NCBI GenBank assembly: GCA_051531975.1
Contig: JAOPTT010000002.1
Span: 121,968-185,967, forward strand
DNA from: Spirochaetaceae bacterium
GTDB lineage: Bacteria; Spirochaetota; Spirochaetia; DSM-2461
Length of the DNA stretch: 64,000 nt
Direction: 5' to 3'
Below, piece after piece: positions 9,265-19,132 of this stretch. Position numbers and translations under genes: made by a program. The notes under the pieces are model-generated. The model made no database searches, was not told the origin of the DNA, and worked only from the letters and a program-made list of their open reading frames with translations. Position 1 is the stretch's first letter. Each line of letters opens with the position of its first letter.

Positions 9265-10458
9265 TTAACCCTGAACTGCGGCCTTGTATAATAATCCCTG
9301 GCCAAGGACACTATAAGAACCAGTCAAAAAAGGTATGAATACTGACTGACCTTTTTCTATTTTTATTACTTCTTTTGTCTTTTTATTATTTAAACTGAAG
9401 CCACCTTTCAAGCAGAACACTATATGAGGACCATTCATATCTTTAACATTTGATGCTTTATCACTGCCCTCGATATAAGAAAGTTGGAATTCATCTGCAG
9501 GAGAATTTATAATTGTTTCATCACCCTTTTGTTCCTCTTTAGCAAGACTAACAGTAGCTGGAATATATTTAAGGATCTTTGTAAGTTCTGGAACATCTAT
9601 ATGCTTTGGAGTTAAACCACCACGAAGGACGTTATCCGAACTTGCCATAATCTCAAGACCAGTCCCTTCTAGATATGCATGCATTTCACCTGCTCCCATA
9701 AAAAAGGATTCACCTGGTTGTAGCTTTACAAGTTTTAAAATCAGTGGGAATAGACAACCAATATCTCCAGGAAAATGTTTTGATACTTTAAAAACCCAAC
9801 GATAAAACTCATCTTCTAACTTCTCCATAATAGGAAGCAGTTCTAATAAAGTCTTTTCGACTACATCTTTCTCTCTGGTTAATAAAAATAGAACTAACTT
9901 TTTATATGAATCTTCATCCCCTAGGATTTTTAAGATCTCTTTTACAAAAGCATGATCTTTCAGCTCTGGGATAGAAAAGTTTTTGATAATTTCAGAGGTT
10001 TCTCTGAATCCACACATTCCGTAGAAAGGAGTTAATGCACAAATTAGTTCTGGTTTATGATTATCATCCTTATAATTTCGAACAGGAGAACTTAGTGAAA
10101 TATTTTCACTGTTTTCACGAAGAAATCCCTCTGCTGCTTGTTCTAAGGTTGGATGTACTTGAATTGACAGTGGTTTTCCAGCTGCCAATACCTTAAATAA
10201 AAATGGTAGCTTTCCATAGTATTTAGTGCTTATAGTGGAACCTAAAGTTTCCTTTGGATTGTTTGTTATGAAAGAATCTAGAGAAACATTTAAGCCATCA
10301 ACATTAATAGAAGATGATGCCTTATGATGTGCTCCCATCCAGATCTCTGCTTGTGGTTCTTTTGATCTGTTTTCTGTATCAAAAAGTCTACTAAAGGAAT
10401 CCTCAGATCCCCAAGCATAGTTCATAATTGTATTATTCATTAAGTAAAAACTTTTCAT
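9265..10458 (-). CDS. manA: Mannose-6-phosphate isomerase, type I
   Basis: 'YAWGS', 'AEIWMGAH', 'LPFLFKVL', 'LSIQVHP', 'YKDDNHKPE', 'HAYLEG', 'SDNVLRGGLTPK'. Confidence 0.95.
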   Translation of the reverse strand: MKSFYLMNNTIMNYAWGSEDSFSRLFDTENRSKEPQAEIWMGAHHKASSSINVDGLNVSLDSFITNNPKETLGSTISTKYYGKLPFLFKVLAAGKPLSIQVHPTLEQAAEGFLRENSENISLSSPVRNYKDDNHKPELICALTPFYGMCGFRETSEIIKNFSIPELKDHAFVKEILKILGDEDSYKKLVLFLLTREKDVVEKTLLELLPIMEKLEDEFYRWVFKVSKHFPGDIGCLFPLILKLVKLQPGESFFMGAGEMHAYLEGTGLEIMASSDNVLRGGLTPKHIDVPELTKILKYIPATVSLAKEEQKGDETIINSPADEFQLSYIEGSDKASNVKDMNGPHIVFCLKGGFSLNNKKTKEVIKIEKGQSVFIPFLTGSYSVLGQGLLYKAAVQG

Positions 10459-10487
10459 TCTATTTTATTCCTAATTCAAGTTTATTC

Positions 10488-10525
10488 AAAAAATAGTTCC
10501 CTTATATTATCCTAGGGAACTATTT
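10488..10525 (-). terminator. Hairpin/terminator between the ROK-like gene and manA
   Basis: AAATAGTTCCCT...AGGGAACTATTT 12-bp stem with a U run on the minus strand. Confidence 0.65.
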
Positions 10526-10545
10526 AAGTATAGTTGTAGTTGCTT

Positions 10546-12390
10546 CTATATAATTAGTCCCATATTAGCATAATAAATAGCACCAATTGCTTGTGCAAAC
10601 TGTGCTACAGTAAATTCCTCGTCTTTTGCAAGTTGTTTCATTAATGAAGTAAAAGCGATATCATCATTTGCTACTTCCATCTTCATCTCTGTGGTTCTTG
10701 TTTTTGCACCTTCGACCATTAAGTCAAAACAGGATTGTCTTTTAACTAGTCGTCCAAAAAGAGTTCTAGCGGTCGATGTTGGTTGTAAAATACGTTGCAT
10801 TTCAAACCAAGTTATAGCTAGAAAGATTCCTACCTGTCTGAAGATCTCTTTACATATGTCATCATCTTCTCTTTCTACTAACATCATCATGTGTTCTAAA
10901 AAGGCTTTTCTCATATCATTAGGTTTTGTTGGTACAGTTAGGATTTTTTCGCCATTCATTTCCTCTTCTGCAACTAGACCTTTATCAAAAAGTTCTTTAT
11001 ATAAATCTGGTCTGTTTGTTGGAAAATACTTCATACCAAGTCTGAAAACACCACTCTGAGATGTATATCTCTGTAGTGTTCCTGGAAGATTTGTATTAAA
11101 ATTGTTAATACTTCGAACATCATCTGCAAGGTATTGTTTCTCTTCGAAACTACCAAGGTCTATAATACAGTTATATGCTTCTAGGGGAATAGTAGGTATT
11201 TCTCCATTTGCATCTACCCAACCTGTTCCAAGTTCTGTTCCTAAGGAGTGTGCAAATACACCATTTTTAATTGTATCTGCTTGATCAGAGTTTGCAAGTT
11301 CTACAGCTGCTGTAAAAGCTGCCATTGGACCATCATTTGTATTTTTAACTACTCCACCAGTTTTACAAAGCTTAAGAAGTCTCTCATCTAGTGCTGTAAT
11401 TTTAGCAAATTCTTCTTCGTAATCGACTTCAGTATTGCTTCTTATTCCTCTAGTTTTTGTTACTTCTCCACCAACAACCTTGTCTTTTACAACAACATCT
11501 GGAAAACAGAGCCCTATTGCATCAATTTCAATTAGACTATCCCCTAGAACCTCTTCAACTTTTGTTGTTACTTCAAGTATAAGTTCATAGGCCGCATCTT
11601 TATCCATAGCTTTAATTATAAGATCAGTTAAGGTAGCCTTTATTTCAGGAGTTATGTTCTTAGCTCTGTCAAAAGATACCTTTGCTCTCATAAGTCTAAC
11701 TACAATGCAAAGAGGATCATTTAGCATGTCAGCTAGAGGGAATTTTTCAGGAAACCAGTCATATTCTTTAAGACAAACCAATTGGCCATCTATAGATAAA
11801 GCTGCTTTTATGTCTGTTCCACCAATGTCTAAACCTACAAGAACCTTGTCCTCTATTCCCTGGGCACATTTTTTAAAAACATCTGTATTCCCAGGTTCAA
11901 GATTAGTATCTTCTTCTTTTATATTAAACTCTGAAAGGTCTTTTATAATTAACTTAAACTTCATATATTGACCATTTTGAGGTGGAACAACAGCTTTTAG
12001 CATTCTATCGATTACGTTTATACTTCGCCCAAAACCCTTTCTATCTTTTAAATCATCACCAATACAAAAAACGACCTTTAATTCAGAGACTAGGCTAACC
12101 ACCAAGTCCTTAGATTTATCTATATAAAAGGTTAAATCCATACCACCTAAAACTGAAAGGATATTATGAATTTCTGCATGAATATAAGTCTTAATAAAAT
12201 CGATCTCGACCGTAGTAGAATTACTCAATTCAGGTACTTGTAACCTAAATACTCTATTTGATTCTCCATCTATCATTCTTAAAACACAAACTAAATCATC
12301 TTTTTTTGAAAGTTCTGCCCAGTTATTTCTTACATCTGTTATAAAAACATTTTTACCCAATTTAGCATCGTTTAAAAAATCTATTGCCAT
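10546..12390 (-). CDS. Large atypical ROK/ASKHA-family protein, putative sugar kinase
   Basis: 'GLDIGGTDIK' phosphate-1 motif, 'NDGPMAA', 'LGTELGTG'. Start placed at ATG 12390 after an AAGGAG RBS (ORF track starts at 12435). Confidence 0.7.
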   Translation of the reverse strand: MAIDFLNDAKLGKNVFITDVRNNWAELSKKDDLVCVLRMIDGESNRVFRLQVPELSNSTTVEIDFIKTYIHAEIHNILSVLGGMDLTFYIDKSKDLVVSLVSELKVVFCIGDDLKDRKGFGRSINVIDRMLKAVVPPQNGQYMKFKLIIKDLSEFNIKEEDTNLEPGNTDVFKKCAQGIEDKVLVGLDIGGTDIKAALSIDGQLVCLKEYDWFPEKFPLADMLNDPLCIVVRLMRAKVSFDRAKNITPEIKATLTDLIIKAMDKDAAYELILEVTTKVEEVLGDSLIEIDAIGLCFPDVVVKDKVVGGEVTKTRGIRSNTEVDYEEEFAKITALDERLLKLCKTGGVVKNTNDGPMAAFTAAVELANSDQADTIKNGVFAHSLGTELGTGWVDANGEIPTIPLEAYNCIIDLGSFEEKQYLADDVRSINNFNTNLPGTLQRYTSQSGVFRLGMKYFPTNRPDLYKELFDKGLVAEEEMNGEKILTVPTKPNDMRKAFLEHMMMLVEREDDDICKEIFRQVGIFLAITWFEMQRILQPTSTARTLFGRLVKRQSCFDLMVEGAKTRTTEMKMEVANDDIAFTSLMKQLAKDEEFTVAQFAQAIGAIYYANMGLII

Positions 12391-12589
12391 GTTGTTATCT
12401 CCTTGATTGATGAAATAATAATACGCTACAACCAAAGCATAATCTTGTTTTGGTAAATCAATTTATTGTTCTAAAATGATATAAAAGTTAAATCTGATAT
12501 TGTGCAGTACTATCTTTTACCCTCTAATCCCATTATTATTAAAGCCAATGTTACACCATAATCCATGAATATTTTTGTTCTAAGTTTCA

Positions 12590-13513
12590 TTATCTTAAAA
12601 CAGCTACACCAGTATCGATAACAGCTGGTCCTGTACTTGCACCATTAAGAGCAGCGTAAGCTTGTGCAACTCCTAAATAACCCATGGTGAATGGGTTTTG
12701 TGCCATTGCAGCTTTTAAGCTTCCATCTGCCAATAGACCTTCAATAGTATTTGATTTATCAAAACCAATACCAATTATATCTTTACCAGAAGATTTAATA
12801 GCGTTACCAACACCAACAGTTGAACCTTCATTAGTTCCGTATAAACCTACTAAATCATGGTTTCCTGTAATAAAACCAATTGCTGATTCTTGAGAAGCTG
12901 CTGCATCTCCATCTTTATACTCAGAAGTTAAGATTACAAAGTTAGTTTCAGCAATATAATCTCTAAAACCATTTTCTCTACTCATAGTTGAGTTTGTTGC
13001 AGTATTTACACCGATGATACCTATTTTACCACGAGTAATACCTTTAGCTTTTAATTCATCAACCATAGTCTCTGCAGCTAAGAAACCAGCTTGAGTATTA
13101 TTAGTTGATAAAGTTGCAATAGGTGTCTCATTTGCTGGAGAATCGACATAAATAATTTTAACACCTTTAGCTTTTGCGTTTTTAACAGCAGATGAAATTG
13201 CATTTGGGTCATTTGCTGCTAATAAGATAAGGTCAGCATTATCTGCAACTGCATTATTTACAGCTTCAATTTGCTTTGCGTTATCTTTAACATCTGGTGC
13301 ATCCCATTTATAGTTAAGACCTAGAGCTTTTGCCATTAATTTTGCTCCGCTATCAACAGCAAGCCAGTGCTGATCCATTTTATCCATAGTAATTAGATAT
13401 ACTGTTTGTACTGGTGCAACTGATGCATCTGATTCCACTGTAGCTTTTGGTGCACAACTTACAACCATCAGTAGTGAAATAAGAGCTAAAACACTCATTA
13501 AAATCTTTTTCAT
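12590..13513 (-). CDS. Sugar ABC transporter substrate-binding lipoprotein (RbsB-like)
   Basis: Lipobox 'VVSC', 'IIYVDS', 'IGFD', 'AQNPFTMGY'; start MKKILM at 13513 after GAGG. Confidence 0.9.
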   Translation of the reverse strand: MKKILMSVLALISLLMVVSCAPKATVESDASVAPVQTVYLITMDKMDQHWLAVDSGAKLMAKALGLNYKWDAPDVKDNAKQIEAVNNAVADNADLILLAANDPNAISSAVKNAKAKGVKIIYVDSPANETPIATLSTNNTQAGFLAAETMVDELKAKGITRGKIGIIGVNTATNSTMSRENGFRDYIAETNFVILTSEYKDGDAAASQESAIGFITGNHDLVGLYGTNEGSTVGVGNAIKSSGKDIIGIGFDKSNTIEGLLADGSLKAAMAQNPFTMGYLGVAQAYAALNGASTGPAVIDTGVAVLR

Positions 13514-13550
13514 CAATATCCTCATTTATTCTTTTAATAAATCTACTTAA

Positions 13551-13616
13551 AGGTTAGCACTATTTTTTTTTGCCGTCAAAGTCCATTCTTTAGGTAGAGG
13601 GGTGTGAAATTTAGGT
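13551..13616 (-). promoter_or_regulatory. Sigma70 promoter with upstream tandem activator site for the SBP gene
   Basis: Minus strand TTGACG (13579-13574), 17 bp, TGcTAACCT; TTTAGGT direct repeats at 13589 and 13610 (21-bp period). Confidence 0.7.
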
Positions 13617-13622
13617 CATCTG

Positions 13623-16061
13623 TCAAAAACTATTATTTAAACAATAAATATCTAAACTATCTCTGATTTGATCCAATCTTAACTCTTTATTAAGTTCCAT
13701 AGTTACAACATATTCCAGTTTTGGTAATAAAGTAATATTATTATCGCTTAAGTTTATACCTAAGTCACCTGTATCTATGACAACATTAAAAGTTGGAAAA
13801 TCTGTTGTTAGCTTTATTGTTACCTTTTTACCCAAAACTGATATATCTTTCTGTATCTTGGTCGCTTTTAATATACATCGTTTTGTCTCAGTTATTAATT
13901 TTGTAGTATTAATGACTCTTTTATCATAAAAAAAAGTTCCATAAAAGAAACCTTCATCTTTTTTATATTTAAAATCGTCTATTAAAATTTCATCTATAAT
14001 TTGGCTAGATTCTTGTTTTATTTCTGTATTGTACTCTTTAGTCCAAAGTATATCACCTTCGAAACTGATAAACTGTAACTTAGTTTTACCTATTTTATTT
14101 TCTAAAGTATCGTTAACACATCCTAAATAAAACTTCCCATCATTTTTAACATAGGAAAATAGATGAATAGGTTCAAAAATTCTTTTAACTTCATAGTGTA
14201 GTGGCTTCCATTTACCAGAATACTCAATAGATGACCAGGATGAAACTGACCATAAATCGTTTAACTGCCAATATAAGATTCCCATACAGGTAGGTCGTTG
14301 CCCTCTCCAATATTCAATAGCTGTTTTAATTGCCTCACTCTGCTGAACCTGACTTAGGTATAAAAAGTTTTTAAAATCCTTTGGAAATCTATAATACCTA
14401 GATATGGTTTCAATTATTAATTGGTTCCCACTAGGGCTTCTCTGATGATGTTCCATAACTGGAGAAGTTACGTTCCACTGATCCTCTGATGCAAAACTTT
14501 TCACTTCTGAAAAAGAGGGAAATGATTGATATCCAAACTCTGAGCAAAAACGTGGTATTACGTCATAATATGCATCAAATGATTTTCCTTCATGCCATAC
14601 ACTCCAGTAGTGCATATCTCCTTTACTATCGTCGTGCCAACAGTCAGAATAATCATTTTCTCCAGCACATGGAGAACTTGGCCACCAGGCTCTATCTGGA
14701 TCTAACTCTTTTATTGTATTACCAATAATACCTTCGTTTAATCTGTCGTAATCTACGATGTACATATCTCTATCTTTTTTTGTCTCTTCAAACCATGTTA
14801 ATGCACCAACATTTTCATTGTTACCACACCACAGTGCCAGGGATGGATGGTTTTTAAGTCTTTTAACTTGAGCGACCACTTCTAATTTTACATTTTCTAA
14901 AAATAGCTTGTCTGCTGGGTATGTTGAGCATGAAAACATCATATCCTGCCAAACTAATAGACCCTTTTCATCACATAGATCGTAAAAGATATCTTTTTCG
15001 TATTGTCCACCACCCCAGACCCTTAACATGTTCATATTTGCTTTTATTGAGTCCTCTAATAACCTCTCATATACATCATTAGTCTGTTTTGATGGTAGAG
15101 CATCTACTGGTATCCAGTTTGCTCCTTTACAAAAGATATCTACACTGTTAACTCTAAAGATTAAACTTCGTCCTATTTTGTCATCGGCTGATATAACTTC
15201 TAACTTTCTAAAGCCAATTTTTTTAGTTAATGTCTCTTCTGGGGTTTTTAAATCAAACTTATATAAAGGTTGATCCCCATAACCATTTGGCCACCATAAC
15301 TGTATGTTATCTTTGTTAAATGAATAACTTATACTGTTTTCACCGATAACTACATATTCAGAAAATTTTATCTCATTATCCTCTGATACAATTGTAAAGT
15401 TCACATTTCTTTTTTCATATGAGTGATAGATGAAATTTGAATTTATCTCTGCATTAAAACCGTTTAACTTATATGTTAGATCCCAATCTTTAACTTTTGA
15501 GACTTTAACTAGTTTTATAGAAATTGAGTTATATATTCCAGCAACCATTAAAGCTGGTCCCCAGTCCCAACCGGAGTGACATTGAACTTTACGTGCAAAG
15601 TTTCTAGCAGGAGATTGTATTGGGGCCATCATAAAAGGTATTGAATATGGGTGATTTTTTTGCAATTCTAATGAGCAGTTTTCTGCAGATTTAAAATGTA
15701 CTTTTATTATGTTATTACCACACTTCAAGAAGTCCTTAATATTTTTAGAAAAAGGAACAAACATATTATTGGAACTGCCACATAGGGTATTATTTATATA
15801 TATATCACAAAATGTATCCAAACTATCTATTTCTAAGGACATTTCAGAGTAGTTCAAATCTTTAACTTCAAACTCCTTGGATAAGTTCCAATCCATACTA
15901 TTATACTTCTGTATTTCTAGTTCATTTTTTCCATAATAAGGTGCTGGCATTATTTTATTATCTATAAGGCTAGAGAATATATCTCCAGGAATTTCTGTTT
16001 TACAAATTGTTCTATTTTCTGAATTAGTTAGTGTCCATAGACCACCTAGGTTTATATTCAT
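13623..16061 (-). CDS. GH2 beta-mannosidase
   Basis: 'RKVQCHSGWDWGP', 'KGANWIP', 'MNMLRVWGGG', 'WCGNNE', 'GDMHYW', 'RFCSEFG', 'WQLND'. Confidence 0.93.
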   Translation of the reverse strand: MNINLGGLWTLTNSENRTICKTEIPGDIFSSLIDNKIMPAPYYGKNELEIQKYNSMDWNLSKEFEVKDLNYSEMSLEIDSLDTFCDIYINNTLCGSSNNMFVPFSKNIKDFLKCGNNIIKVHFKSAENCSLELQKNHPYSIPFMMAPIQSPARNFARKVQCHSGWDWGPALMVAGIYNSISIKLVKVSKVKDWDLTYKLNGFNAEINSNFIYHSYEKRNVNFTIVSEDNEIKFSEYVVIGENSISYSFNKDNIQLWWPNGYGDQPLYKFDLKTPEETLTKKIGFRKLEVISADDKIGRSLIFRVNSVDIFCKGANWIPVDALPSKQTNDVYERLLEDSIKANMNMLRVWGGGQYEKDIFYDLCDEKGLLVWQDMMFSCSTYPADKLFLENVKLEVVAQVKRLKNHPSLALWCGNNENVGALTWFEETKKDRDMYIVDYDRLNEGIIGNTIKELDPDRAWWPSSPCAGENDYSDCWHDDSKGDMHYWSVWHEGKSFDAYYDVIPRFCSEFGYQSFPSFSEVKSFASEDQWNVTSPVMEHHQRSPSGNQLIIETISRYYRFPKDFKNFLYLSQVQQSEAIKTAIEYWRGQRPTCMGILYWQLNDLWSVSSWSSIEYSGKWKPLHYEVKRIFEPIHLFSYVKNDGKFYLGCVNDTLENKIGKTKLQFISFEGDILWTKEYNTEIKQESSQIIDEILIDDFKYKKDEGFFYGTFFYDKRVINTTKLITETKRCILKATKIQKDISVLGKKVTIKLTTDFPTFNVVIDTGDLGINLSDNNITLLPKLEYVVTMELNKELRLDQIRDSLDIYCLNNSF

Positions 16062-16179
16062 ATGTAATCCTCCATTATATAAATTAAGCTTATATGATAT
16101 TTGTAGTTATATCTTATTAAGATTTGCCATTTTATTGTTGAATTTTGACATATCTTTTGGAGAAAAGATAGTTTAACTA

Positions 16180-16360
16180 TTATTTATCAGTAAGTTGTAG
16201 GCAAACTCGATTCCTGCCAGTTTTTTTAGCATTATAGAGACCCTTATCTGCTTCAGAAACAAGAATACCACAATCTGGTAATAGGATGACAAACTCCTAC
16301 AGTAATAATAAAAGCATATTTATTATTTAGCAAATTAAAAGAGTCTTTAATAAACTCATG
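16180..16360 (-). pseudogene. C-terminal remnant of a GGDEF diguanylate cyclase
   Basis: Minus strand translates to ...ITVGVCH, then a frameshift, then LPDCGILVSEADKGLYNAKKTGRNRVCLQLTDK*, matching the 'AD.ALY.AK..GRNRV' GGDEF C-terminal motif. Confidence 0.75.
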
Positions 16361-16383
16361 GAGCTAGGGTTTATTAGTTTTGT

Positions 16384-16443
16384 AAAAAATATCCAGCAAT
16401 ACTCTGATAACCTATATATCAGTGGAGTGAGTATTACTGGATA
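16384..16443 (-). terminator. Terminator of the sugar ABC ATPase/permease unit
   Basis: TATCCAGCAATACTC...GAGTATTACTGGATA stem followed by a U run on the minus strand. Confidence 0.7.
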
Positions 16444-16486
16444 AAAACAGTTTAGTTATGAGGGGTAGTAAAATGGCTTTTTGGGG

Positions 16487-17554
16487 CTACTTTTTAGATG
16501 TTCTTTTAAGTTTACCTATAAATGAACTCTCAGCAAACTTAGAAAAGTCTAGCTTACCACTTCTAGCAACCCTATCAATTAGAACAGAGATAATTACAAC
16601 AATACCAATAACAAGATTTCTAAGTGCTAAAGGAGCACCTGCAAACTGGAGACCATTATTTAAAACACCCCAAATAAATGAACCGATAACAGTACCAAAT
16701 AGAAGACCTTGACCACCCATTGTACTAACACCACCAATTACAGAAGCGGCAACAGCATTTAACTCGTAAGAAGTTCCTGCATTCATTGTACCCATTCCAC
16801 TTTGCGCGGTTAAAATAAGTCCAACGATACCAGCTAAAAAAGCACTGAAAATATAAACAGTAGTCTCAGAAGCTACAACATTAACACCGGATAACTTAGC
16901 AGCTTCGTAGTTACTACCAATAGCATATGTATATCTACCAGTTTTAGTACTGTTCAAAATAAAGTTAAAAATAATAAATAGAACAACACCAATCCATACA
17001 GGATTATATACACCTAAAGTATCTCCATAATAAAAAAACTCTTTAAAAGAATTTGCAGTTATTGGAATACCATCAGTATTCATATTTCCATTTGCTAATT
17101 GGGCAATTCCTCTAGCAATAATCATGGTACCTAAAGTTGCAATAAAAGCTGGAAGTTTTGCTTTAGCAACTAATAAACCATTAAATAAACCAACAACACA
17201 GCAGATTAACAGAGTTATAATACAAGTTAAAACAGGGTTCATTTTCCCTGCAGTCATAAGTGTTGCACTAATCATACAACTCATACCAGCAACAGAACCA
17301 ATAGATAGGTCGATGCCCCCAGTAATTAAGACATAAGACTGTCCCATACCAATTATAAGTATTGGAACAACTTGCCGAAATAAGTTTGCACTGTTTTCAT
17401 TTGAGAAAAATGCTGGATTTATTACTCCAAAAATTATGGACATGATAATTAAGGCTGCGGAAACACTAATAACCTGACCCATACCTCTTATAGATAATAT
17501 ATTCTTTAGTATATTTTTATTTTTACTCATTATTGTCTCCTTACTAATCTTCAT
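16487..17554 (-). CDS. Sugar ABC transporter permease (RbsC-like)
   Basis: 'GGIDLSIG', 'LPAFIATLG', 'AIGSNYEAAKLSGV', 'YELNAVAASVIGG'. Confidence 0.93.
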   Translation of the reverse strand: MKISKETIMSKNKNILKNILSIRGMGQVISVSAALIIMSIIFGVINPAFFSNENSANLFRQVVPILIIGMGQSYVLITGGIDLSIGSVAGMSCMISATLMTAGKMNPVLTCIITLLICCVVGLFNGLLVAKAKLPAFIATLGTMIIARGIAQLANGNMNTDGIPITANSFKEFFYYGDTLGVYNPVWIGVVLFIIFNFILNSTKTGRYTYAIGSNYEAAKLSGVNVVASETTVYIFSAFLAGIVGLILTAQSGMGTMNAGTSYELNAVAASVIGGVSTMGGQGLLFGTVIGSFIWGVLNNGLQFAGAPLALRNLVIGIVVIISVLIDRVARSGKLDFSKFAESSFIGKLKRTSKK

Positions 17555-19044
17555 ATCTTAGTGGCATAGTACATAATTTCATCACTATTAGTTTCACTTG
17601 TTATTAAATCCCCTGTTATTTTCCCATGACACATAACTAAAGTTCTATCACTCATTCCAAGGATTTCTGGCATCTCACTAGAAACAAAAAGAACAGCAAT
17701 ACCAGCCTGTTTTAGCTGATTCATAATCTCATAAATACTGACTTTAGCAGCAACATCAATTCCTCTCGTTGGCTCATCGAATATTACAACTCTTGCATTA
17801 CGAACCATCCATTTACCAACAACCACTTTTTGTTGATTTCCTCCTGAGAGGTTCTGAACTACCTTCTCAATAGAAGGTGTTTTTACCTTTAAGTTATTAA
17901 CAACCTTTTCTGCTAAAACATTCTCTCTTTTTCTATTTATCACACCAAATCTGTTTGTGACTTTATCAATATTTGCAATACCAATGTTTTCTTTAATTGA
18001 TAATTTAGTACAAAGACCCTCAAGTTTTCTATCCTCAGGACCTAATACAATACCTCGGGAAATTGCATTATGTGGAGAGTGTATTTTTAATATTTTACCA
18101 TCTAATATAATCTCTCCAGACTCAATACGTTCAGCACCAAATATAGCACGAACCATTTGTGTTCTACCTGCTCCCATTAGTCCTGAAACACCTAAAATCT
18201 CACCTTCATAAAGATCAAAACTAGCATTTTTTACGATTCCAGAGTTTAAGTTTTTAACCTCTAAAATCTTTTTCCCTTTTTTACTACTAACCTTAGGGAA
18301 CTTATCTTTAATCTCCCTACCAACCATAAATGATATTATTTCGTCGATAGATGTATCTTCATAATTTTTTGTAATAATGTATTTTCCATCTCGGAATATA
18401 CTAATTCTATCGGTTATATGTTCCAACTCTTCTAATCTGTGTGAAATATATACAATCCCAACACCTTTAGATCTTAAATCTTTAATAATTCTAAATAGAT
18501 CTTCAATCTCTTTATCTGTTAAAGCACTTGTTGGTTCATCCATAATTAGAACCTTAGCGTTTGTAGATAGTGATTTTGCAATCTCTACCATCTGCTTTTT
18601 AGAAATAGGCAGATGACTAATAATAGTTTCTGGAGTTATCTCTACCTTTAAATCATCTAAAATTATCTTAGTTCTTCTATTCATCTCTTTTTTAGATAAG
18701 ACACCCCATTTAACATCTTCTCGTCCTAAAAAAATATTCTCAGCTACTGTTAAATGTTCACATAGATTTAACTCCTGATGAATAATTGCGATGCCTAAAG
18801 CTGCTGCTTTATGTGGGGTTAAATCTCCAACTTCTTTTCCTAAAACCCTGTAGAATCCACCGTCTTTTTTATAAACTCCACTAATAATCTTCATTAGTGT
18901 TGATTTTCCTGCACCGTTTTCACCAAGTAAGGCATGGACTTCCCCTTTTCGGAGATCAAAGTTAACCCCATCTAGAGCTTTAACCCCTGGGAAACTTTTA
19001 CTTACGTTCTCTAACTCTAATAAGTTTTCCTCTACAACCATCAT
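17551..19044 (-). CDS. Sugar ABC transporter ATP-binding protein (RbsA-like, two domains)
   Basis: GENGAGKST, IMDEPT, ISH, LSGGNQQK, DEPTRGID. Start likely 19044/19041, because a promoter overlaps the ORF-track start at 19095. Confidence 0.93.
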   Translation of the reverse strand: MMVVEENLLELENVSKSFPGVKALDGVNFDLRKGEVHALLGENGAGKSTLMKIISGVYKKDGGFYRVLGKEVGDLTPHKAAALGIAIIHQELNLCEHLTVAENIFLGREDVKWGVLSKKEMNRRTKIILDDLKVEITPETIISHLPISKKQMVEIAKSLSTNAKVLIMDEPTSALTDKEIEDLFRIIKDLRSKGVGIVYISHRLEELEHITDRISIFRDGKYIITKNYEDTSIDEIISFMVGREIKDKFPKVSSKKGKKILEVKNLNSGIVKNASFDLYEGEILGVSGLMGAGRTQMVRAIFGAERIESGEIILDGKILKIHSPHNAISRGIVLGPEDRKLEGLCTKLSIKENIGIANIDKVTNRFGVINRKRENVLAEKVVNNLKVKTPSIEKVVQNLSGGNQQKVVVGKWMVRNARVVIFDEPTRGIDVAAKVSIYEIMNQLKQAGIAVLFVSSEMPEILGMSDRTLVMCHGKITGDLITSETNSDEIMYYATKI

Positions 19045-19066
19045 CACCTTTCCTAAGTACTGTTTA

Positions 19067-19132
19067 ATCGTAACATTGCTATTTTCAGCCGTCAAAGGCG
19101 GTTATTTAGGTTGATGGGGGTAATCTTTGGAT
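19067..19132 (-). promoter_or_regulatory. Sigma70 promoter with the same upstream motif as the SBP promoter
   Basis: Minus strand TTGACG (19095-19090), 17 bp, TGtTACGAT; TTTAGGT (19105) and TTTGGAT (19126) repeats. Confidence 0.7.
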
